Below are positions 56,142 to 62,465 of a stretch of 64,000 nucleotides of DNA, in pieces. The stretch's first letter is position 1, and every line of letters starts with the position of its first letter. Below the pieces are notes generated by a model that saw only the letters and a list, made by a program, of their open reading frames with translations, made no database searches and was not told where the DNA came from. This stretch comes from Bacteroidales bacterium. GTDB taxonomy: Bacteria; Bacteroidota; Bacteroidia; Bacteroidales; UBA3663. Location of the stretch: contig JAFSKF010000049.1 in assembly GCA_017449065.1 (NCBI GenBank), forward strand, positions 3,630 through 67,629. Reading direction: 5' to 3'. The position numbers and the translations under genes were made by a program.

Positions 56142-56461
56142 CGTAAAATTGGGCTCTGCAGCAATGTTAACTCGTTACCTCGAAACGGACAAAGATACCC
56201 GTTTTTACCTAAGGACTCAACTTTAATATATATACTCAACTTTTGCAAGCAATGAAACCCTAAGAGAAACTTGAATGATAATCTCAAGAAAGCACGAAAA
56301 TATTAAATCCTTCAAACCGTGTTCGCTGAAAAACTTTCTGAGTGAAAACTAAACGAGAGTAAAAAAAGCAAAAAATCGGTGTTTTTGCAACTTGAAATTG
56401 CAAAACGTGTTAAATTTTTGTTAAATTATTGGAACTACGTTGCCATTTGGACGCTTTTGGC

Positions 56462-56469
56462 TAACTTTG
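56462..56469 (+). promoter_or_regulatory. Bacteroidota-type -7 promoter box, oriented toward the 647-aa surface-protein gene
   Basis: TAACTTTG, 69 nt outside the right inner inverted repeat and about 155 nt upstream of ATG 56625. Confidence 0.5.
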
Positions 56470-56537
56470 CGCCAAATTTATGCATGACATACGAAAATCC
56501 CTTTGTGAGCAGTTTCTGCACCATGATGAATTTTAAC

Positions 56538-56685
56538 GGTCATTTTAATTCACCGCTCGGTGACTCTCACTTCGAAGAAATCAACTAACAATTACAACCA
56601 TATTAACTTAACAAAACAAAAAACATGAAGAAATTATTTACTTTATTGACGCTTGCGCTAACCGCAGTGAGTGGTGCGTGGGCAG
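56538..56685. repeat. Inner inverted repeat, right arm
   Basis: See 55577-55724. Confidence 0.95.
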
Positions 56686-58568
56686 GCGATCTCTACAAGA
56701 TTTCGTTTAATGGCAGTGATGCAGAATCCAAGAATGGCGAAACTCATTCTTCCTACTTTTCAAATTCCGGCAAGCACAATTTTAACACAAAGTTCAATGG
56801 TTGTACATATGACGGTGTAACCTATACACAGGGTTTGAAAATGGAAGGAACTACAAATGTTTCTTGGACATCGACTGCTACTTCGACCGTTACGATTGTA
56901 CAATCAACTTATGGATCCAAAACTGTTAAATTAGATGGTGAGGACCTTGCGCTTGAAGAAGCAGAGGCTATTACGGGTGGGTACGTTCACACTATTTCTG
57001 ATGTAGCAGCAGGAAGCCATTCTATAACACGTGGCAGTGGTGAAACCGGCCTTTTTGCAATAATCGTAGAGTATACGGGCGCTGTTATGACCCAGCTCAC
57101 TGCTCCAGAAATCACAGTCAATGCCGCAAGCGGCGAGGTGACTATTGGTGCTGTTGCAAATGCCAGCAAGGTGACCTACACCACCGACGGCAGCGAGCCC
57201 ACAGATGAGAGTACAGAATATACTGCCGCATTCACAGTTGAAGACGGTGTTACCATAAAGGCCGTTGCTATTGGTGATGGTGTATCGTACACCAACTCTA
57301 CCATCGCTTCTAAGGTGGCATACATTGACGGTATCACAGTAGCTGAACCGGTAATCAATCAGTACAACGGCACTGTTGCCCTTACCACTTCTACTCCCGG
57401 AGCAACGATTGAATACAGCCTTGACAATGTGACATTTAACACTTATTCTCGTGCGTTCACACTGAGCGAGGATGTAACGTTATATGCCCGTGCTTCCCGT
57501 GCAAACTGCACCACTTCAAGCGTTGCCTCTGCTGCTGTTACAACCATCAGCAAGGGTCTCGCCAACAAGACCATTTGGATGGGTCACGGCTCGTTCGACA
57601 ACAACACCACGAACTCTATGACCGGCAAGTCTGGCGACGATGCCGAGGGTATTGTGCTGACTATTTCTGGCAATAGCAGCAAGAATTGGTCTTCTGGCAA
57701 TGGAAAGATTGCGATTGGCGACATCGAGAGAACTTCCATAAAACTGTCTAATGGTGCTCAGAACACAATTACGCTACCCACAGGCATGAAAGCCACCCGC
57801 ATCACCTTCTACAGTTTCATCAATGCCGCCACCAGTAGCACTGTTTCTTACTGGAAGGAGTTCCAAGGCGATGCTATTAGCGGTGCCAATGTTCCTATGG
57901 GAGCATGGAATGATGTTGACGGATATCTGACGACACCTGACGTGCGCTCATTTGCCCTCAATGGCGACGAGACCACCATCACCTTTACCAATGCTGGCGA
58001 GCAGCTCTGCTTCATCATTGCACTTGACGTAATCGAAGACCCTGTTGTTTCCATCTCTGCCGCAGGTTACGCTACTCTCTATTCTGAGTCTGCTCTGAGC
58101 ATTCCTTCGGGCGTTACTGCTTACACTGGCAAGGTAAGCGGAAGCAGTTTGGTTCTTACCGCAATTGAAGGCGGCATTATTCCAGCTAACACAGCTGTTG
58201 TTCTGGAAGGTGAGGAAGGATCTTACACATTCAATGTAACTACCGGCGGTACAGCTGGCGATAACGACCTCGTGGGTGGTACTGGCGAAACTGCAACTGA
58301 CGGCGACCTCGTTCTCGGTGTTGCTGAAGGTGTTGTAGGCTTCTACAGTTATACTGGCACCTTGGCTGCCAACAAGGCTTATATCCCAGCAGATAAGGTT
58401 GCTTCTGCATCCGGTCTCCGTCTCGTATTCGAGGAGGAAGGCGAGGTTACAGGCATCGCAACCCTCCGTGCTGAGGAGAATGCAACCAGCGTATTCGACC
58501 TTACAGGTCGTCGCACTAACACCAAGGGCTTGGTTATCAAGAATGGCAAGGTTGTTCTCGTGAAGTAA
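56625..58568 (+). CDS. T9SS-secreted cell-surface protein, paralog of 53400-55637
   Basis: 647 aa with an identical signal peptide, MKKLFTLLTLALTAVSGAWA. Two ...TYTTDGSEPT... / ...GATIEYSLDN... Ig-like modules. Ends ...SVFDLTGRRTNTKGLVIKNGKVVLVK. Confidence 0.75.
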   Translation: MKKLFTLLTLALTAVSGAWAGDLYKISFNGSDAESKNGETHSSYFSNSGKHNFNTKFNGCTYDGVTYTQGLKMEGTTNVSWTSTATSTVTIVQSTYGSKTVKLDGEDLALEEAEAITGGYVHTISDVAAGSHSITRGSGETGLFAIIVEYTGAVMTQLTAPEITVNAASGEVTIGAVANASKVTYTTDGSEPTDESTEYTAAFTVEDGVTIKAVAIGDGVSYTNSTIASKVAYIDGITVAEPVINQYNGTVALTTSTPGATIEYSLDNVTFNTYSRAFTLSEDVTLYARASRANCTTSSVASAAVTTISKGLANKTIWMGHGSFDNNTTNSMTGKSGDDAEGIVLTISGNSSKNWSSGNGKIAIGDIERTSIKLSNGAQNTITLPTGMKATRITFYSFINAATSSTVSYWKEFQGDAISGANVPMGAWNDVDGYLTTPDVRSFALNGDETTITFTNAGEQLCFIIALDVIEDPVVSISAAGYATLYSESALSIPSGVTAYTGKVSGSSLVLTAIEGGIIPANTAVVLEGEEGSYTFNVTTGGTAGDNDLVGGTGETATDGDLVLGVAEGVVGFYSYTGTLAANKAYIPADKVASASGLRLVFEEEGEVTGIATLRAEENATSVFDLTGRRTNTKGLVIKNGKVVLVK

Positions 58569-58574
58569 TTAACA

Positions 58575-58598
58575 CTCCTTTCCCTTCGGGGAGAGGAG
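58575..58598 (+). other. 10-bp stem-loop with a TTCG tetraloop between the large gene and the small ORF
   Basis: CTCCTTTCCC-TTCG-GGGAGAGGAG (one G-U pair). No T-run follows, and there is no counterpart in the left copy. Confidence 0.6.
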
Positions 58599-58630
58599 AT
58601 ATCCAAAAAACCATAAAAAAGATTACAGAT

Positions 58631-58783
58631 ATGAAATCATATATCAAACCTGAAACTCAGATTGTGGAGATTGAGAACAACGCCATCATGGCTGCCTCTC
58701 TCCCTGTAAACAGCGGTAAGACCACCGATACCCAGCTCGTAGGACGCGAGCGCGGCGGCTCTTGGTCAGATTATGAGAACTAA
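58631..58783 (+). CDS. Unannotated 50-aa ORF, paralog of 53220-53381
   Basis: MKSYIKPETQIVEIENNAIMAASLPVNSGKTTDTQLVGRERGGSWSDYEN. Same position relative to the surface-protein gene and terminator as its partner. Confidence 0.55.
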   Translation: MKSYIKPETQIVEIENNAIMAASLPVNSGKTTDTQLVGRERGGSWSDYEN

Positions 58784-58845
58784 TCCTCTCATTTGAACAA
58801 CATATCCTATTGAAGGCACCTCGATCAATCGGGGTGCCTTTTTGT
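58775..58845. repeat. Outer inverted repeat, right arm
   Basis: Exact reverse complement of 53160-53230. Confidence 0.95.
58813..58845 (+). terminator. Rho-independent terminator
   Basis: AAGGCACC / GGTGCCTT stem followed by TTTTT. Confidence 0.75.
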
Positions 58846-59073
58846 CTTTCTATTCTCTTTCGCAACCCATTTTTTTATTGCGAAAAAATTGCGAAATAGC
58901 GAAAGTGTGCGAAAAAGACTGTTGGATAAAGGGAATTATCGTTTTTCTAAGGTTTTTCGTTCGCATCAAAAAGCCTTTAGCCTGCTTTTAGCCTTACTCA
59001 TGAGTATGGAGTAAGCAGCTTAGAAGGAGCCTAAGAGCTGGGTAGAAGCTGGCTACAGCGACTGAACATCGAG

Positions 59074-60105
59074 TCAGAACCTCGGATAGCAGAACCTGTC
59101 ATCGCCGGAGGTGAAATGCAGGCCCGGGAGGGAGGAATCGGAAAGAGTGCGATCTAAGCGACGGATGAGGTGATAGTCGGTCGCATCGAGGGCATAGTGG
59201 TGGATGGCATAGTCATCGAGCACGGAAACGGTCCAGTCGAACATATTGCCCAGAATCATGAGGCGATCGGTGACAGGCTGGAAACTCTCCACACCGGTCA
59301 GTGCTATCCGATAGTCGGAGGTGAGCACATACAGCCGGTTTTCGGTATCGACCGCCAAGCCACGGAACTGACGGGCCGCAGGCTCGATGGCGAAGACATG
59401 AGTCAGGATTACCCCCTCGGGGATGGGGAACTCGTGCACGAAAGGACGTCCTGCACAACGCTTCAGGTGAAAGAGGCGGTGCTGCGCATCGAGAATCAGA
59501 TAGCCTTCGTCGTAGGCCTTTCTGACCGATGGATTGCCCGACACCCATAGGGCTGGGAAGGAAAAGCCTTTTTCTTGTAATGCCTCCGTGAACAGTCGGC
59601 TCTTCTGGGTCTTCACCTCGTTTGTTTCCATTTTGATGAACTCGATGCCTGTGTCGGTAATGCGGAACATATCGTCCGGCCACTCCAGGTCAACACGTTT
59701 AGGCATACTTTCGATGAGCGGATAGAGAGCGATGTTATTGCCGTTGATGTCGCGCGGGTTCAGGCGGATAGAGATATTCGTCTGCAGCACCTCGTGCGGC
59801 GTGACGGCCCGACCGTGAATGCTGTCGGGGAAGCGTCCGTCAGCCACTAACTGACGCATGAAGAAGCAGGGCAGGAGCGAATCGGTTTCTGCCGTCGAGT
59901 ATTCGCGTCCGTCGGTGCCGTAGCGATGCAGTTTTTTGTCTTCACCGACAAACTGATTGCAGATGAAATCGTCTGCCAGGCTGCTATAGAGGGCGAAAGT
60001 GTTGTTGGAATCGGGAGTGCGGAGGAAATTGATCAACCACGGGAGCTGCCAGACGAGCAGCACCAGCACTATGAAGCACAAAATAAAATCAGCAATTTTA
60101 CGCAT
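59074..60105 (-). CDS. N-terminally anchored protein, DUF4857-like (from memory), unknown function
   Basis: 343 aa with one N-terminal TM helix (FILCFIVLVLLVWQLPWLINFL), then a soluble domain. Last gene of the ABC cluster. Confidence 0.6.
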   Translation of the reverse strand: MRKIADFILCFIVLVLLVWQLPWLINFLRTPDSNNTFALYSSLADDFICNQFVGEDKKLHRYGTDGREYSTAETDSLLPCFFMRQLVADGRFPDSIHGRAVTPHEVLQTNISIRLNPRDINGNNIALYPLIESMPKRVDLEWPDDMFRITDTGIEFIKMETNEVKTQKSRLFTEALQEKGFSFPALWVSGNPSVRKAYDEGYLILDAQHRLFHLKRCAGRPFVHEFPIPEGVILTHVFAIEPAARQFRGLAVDTENRLYVLTSDYRIALTGVESFQPVTDRLMILGNMFDWTVSVLDDYAIHHYALDATDYHLIRRLDRTLSDSSLPGLHFTSGDDRFCYPRF

Positions 60106-60111
60106 AACAGT

Positions 60112-60768
60112 TTATTCCTTTCCTTCCTTAAAACGGGCGATGCTGATCCAGTTGAGGGGCAGCAGTGCCAGCGTGAATACACTCAAGTAGGGCAAGAAGC
60201 CGTTGTATGAAGCCGGAGCATCGCTGATGAAATAGATTTTAATCACCAGCAGCGACACCAGCAGATTGAAAACGCGACGACGCCAGTCGGGTTCGAGGAT
60301 GGTCCATGCCGCTAAAAGATAAGCCGCCAAACCCGCCAGATACCAGGGTAAGGCCGTCAGCAGGCAACGGCTCCAGAGTTCGTAGGCAAGCACTTGGTGC
60401 ATATAGCTCCACAGAATGATGAAATTCAGGATGTCGCACACCAGAACGATAGCGACGCCAAAGCCAAGCATCTGTGTGATGACCGTGAGGTGCGACACAG
60501 GCAGGTGCAACGTCAGTTTGAGGCATTTGTGATACATTTCGGGTGCAAACTGCACGACGGCCAGCAGCAAGCCGGCTACCAAAGGCACATATTTCAGATA
60601 ATCGACAAAGACCACATCGTGCGTGAGCATGATTTCCCAGACGTGACCGATGCCTTTCAGAGCTATCACCCGATGCAGGCGCAGCAGGCAATAGCCCGCA
60701 AAGCCCGACGTCGAAAGGAACATCAGCAGCAGGTACCAGCGGGTTTTGATCCATTCTTTGTAGTACAT
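60112..60768 (-). CDS. Multi-pass membrane protein (ABC-2-type permease-like)
   Basis: 218 aa with about 6 hydrophobic segments. Immediately downstream of the ABC ATPase. Confidence 0.65.
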   Translation of the reverse strand: MYYKEWIKTRWYLLLMFLSTSGFAGYCLLRLHRVIALKGIGHVWEIMLTHDVVFVDYLKYVPLVAGLLLAVVQFAPEMYHKCLKLTLHLPVSHLTVITQMLGFGVAIVLVCDILNFIILWSYMHQVLAYELWSRCLLTALPWYLAGLAAYLLAAWTILEPDWRRRVFNLLVSLLVIKIYFISDAPASYNGFLPYLSVFTLALLPLNWISIARFKEGKE

Positions 60769-60777
60769 GGTGGGGTG

Positions 60778-60831
60778 GGGGTATGGGGTTAATGGGTTGA
60801 ATGGGGTGGATGGGGTTAATGGGTGATTGGG
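60778..60831 (-). repeat. 6 x 9-bp C-rich (mRNA sense) tandem array filling the ATPase-permease spacer
   Basis: The plus strand reads GGGGTATGG GGTTAATGG GTTGAATGG GGTGGATGG GGTTAATGG GTGATTGGG. Same unit family as 22394-22438. Confidence 0.85.
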
Positions 60832-60840
60832 GGATGCTAA

Positions 60841-61734
60841 TCAATATTTCCCGGTCAGACCGATGAACGCATCTTCCAGATTGAGGGATTCGGAGTTGAG
60901 TTCGCCTTGCATTGGCACGCCTGCCTTCATGAGCCGCTGCTTCACTTCGTCGGGCGGCAGGAACGAATAGACCTCGAAGTGCTTGCGGATGGCAGCCGGA
61001 TGATACAGTTCCGCATCGGACAACTGCGGTTCGTAGCCTTCAGGAACGGTGGCGCTGTAGCGATGCAGCGTCTGGAGAATCTGCTGCAAAGGCTGCTGGG
61101 TCAGAATCCGTCCGTAGTCCATGATGATGCAGTCATCCACCAGCCGTTCCATATCCTGAATGATATGGCTGGTGAGGAAAACCGTCTTGTTTTCAGCTTT
61201 CACGAATTCGCGGAGGTAATCGACAAACAGACGACGATAGCCGGGATCGAGACCGATGGAGAAATCATCGAGTACCAGCAAATCGGGGTTTTGCGCCAGA
61301 ATCAGGCCCAATGCCACCTGACTGCGCTGTCCGCACGACATACGCGAAATCATCTGCTTGGGAGCCACTTTGAGCTTCGACATCAGTTCGTAGTAGGCAT
61401 CGCGGCGCCACTGGTTCGGATAAAAACGTGCATAGAACTTCTCGATCTGTTCGATGTTCATGAACTGATATTGCACGTGTCCCTCAATCAGCAGACCGAT
61501 GCGGCGGCGAAGAGACGGATCCATGGTCTGTATGTCCTGACCGAAAATCCGGCAAACACCCGATCTCGGTTTCAGGTAGCCCGAAAGGATATTGATGGTA
61601 GTGGTTTTACCCGTTCCGTTCTTGCCCAACAGACCCAGAATGCGACCTTGAGGAACCTCGAAGCTGAGGTCCTCGTAGATCTTCCGTTTGCCGTAATAAT
61701 GTGTCAGGTGTTGGCACGATATTACCGATTCCAT
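60841..61734 (-). CDS. ABC transporter ATP-binding protein with atypical catalytic motifs
   Basis: 297 aa. Walker A is GKNGTGKTT. The signature motif reads MSCGQ instead of LSGGQ. Walker B reads LLVLDDF instead of hhhhDEP. H-loop is FLTSH. Confidence 0.9.
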   Translation of the reverse strand: MESVISCQHLTHYYGKRKIYEDLSFEVPQGRILGLLGKNGTGKTTTINILSGYLKPRSGVCRIFGQDIQTMDPSLRRRIGLLIEGHVQYQFMNIEQIEKFYARFYPNQWRRDAYYELMSKLKVAPKQMISRMSCGQRSQVALGLILAQNPDLLVLDDFSIGLDPGYRRLFVDYLREFVKAENKTVFLTSHIIQDMERLVDDCIIMDYGRILTQQPLQQILQTLHRYSATVPEGYEPQLSDAELYHPAAIRKHFEVYSFLPPDEVKQRLMKAGVPMQGELNSESLNLEDAFIGLTGKY

Positions 61735-61756
61735 AATGTTTTCAAGTTTTCAGTAA

Positions 61757-62389
61757 TTATTCCTCTGTAGGAACGATTTCGTAGGCAGTAGCCTCCAGGT
61801 GATAGAACGAGAGATACTCTTTGCCTTCTGCCTCTTTGCGGGCAGCAATCTGTGCGCGATAGGCCTCAATCTTATCGTCGATGGTTTCGCCCTGTTCCTT
61901 GCGTGCCTTGCTTTCGGTGGCGCATCCGGTCGAGGTGGTTACTTTTTCTGCCTGTTCTGCATCCGCTTCACCGAACTGGGAATCTGCGGCAGCCTGAGCC
62001 TGACGTTCCGCCATCGCTTCTTCGTATTTCTGTTTCCAGTTCTGCAGATAGGCTTCGTCCATGCGGGTTTCGCGCACATAGCCGGTAACGCGCACCACAC
62101 TGTGCACGCATTCGGTGCTGAACTTGCCCAAAGCGGCAGCCTCACAGCGCAGGATGTTTTCGTCGTTGCTGCCCATCAGGAAAATCTTGGTGGCACCATG
62201 CTTGCAGGTATGTGTGCAGACACCTTCGACGGTGACGAGCTGGTCGGTCAGACTGTCTGCTTGCGCCAAGGTCTGGTCAACGGTGATGGTTGCGGCTGCA
62301 TCGGAAGCAGCAGATTCAGAAGTTTTGTTTCCACCGCATGAGGTAAGCATTAAGGCAGCTGCGAAAGCTGCAAAGAAAAGTTTTTTCAT
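61757..62389 (-). CDS. Lipoprotein with Cys/His cluster and a charged helical tail, unknown function
   Basis: 210 aa; lipobox MLTSC; motif CTHTCKHG plus two further Cys; C-terminal Glu/Ala/Lys/Gln-rich region. Confidence 0.6.
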   Translation of the reverse strand: MKKLFFAAFAAALMLTSCGGNKTSESAASDAAATITVDQTLAQADSLTDQLVTVEGVCTHTCKHGATKIFLMGSNDENILRCEAAALGKFSTECVHSVVRVTGYVRETRMDEAYLQNWKQKYEEAMAERQAQAAADSQFGEADAEQAEKVTTSTGCATESKARKEQGETIDDKIEAYRAQIAARKEAEGKEYLSFYHLEATAYEIVPTEE

Positions 62390-62411
62390 ATTATTTAGAA
62401 TTTTTAGATTA

Positions 62412-62465
62412 ACTAGATAGACTAGTATAACTAGTAGGACTAGTGCTACTAGAGAGACTAGATTA
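62412..62465 (-). repeat. 6 x 9-bp ACTAG-core tandem array containing the OM-barrel stop codon
   Basis: ACTAG at 62412, 62421, 62430, 62439, 62448 and 62457 (exact 9-bp spacing). The unit at 62457-62465 contains TAA (62463-62465, minus strand). Confidence 0.9.

Noticed and set aside
55699-56255. Five 64-92-aa ORFs in the segment between the divergent surface-protein genes
   Set aside because: They overlap each other on both strands, coincide with the degenerate repeats, lack start context and have Ser/Arg/Pro-rich non-protein-like composition.
53160-58845. Composite transposon or MITE-like element bounded by the 71-bp inverted repeats
   Set aside because: There is no transposase or integrase inside and no target-site duplication (flanks CATTATA / GTCTTTC). 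The 'terminal repeats' are simply the duplicated small-ORF end plus terminator.
60239-60844. 201-aa ORF beginning MISIPQSPINPIHPIQPINPIPPP
   Set aside because: It overlaps the multi-TM protein gene in another frame. The Pro-rich start is merely the nonamer array translated, and the downstream part is Arg/Ala/Gly-rich out-of-frame noise.
61757-62389. c-type heme-binding site in the lipoprotein (CTHTCKH)
   Set aside because: The spacing is C-x3-C-x-H, not the CxxCH (or CxxxCH/CxxxxCH) heme c motif. Metal binding remains possible but heme attachment is not supported.
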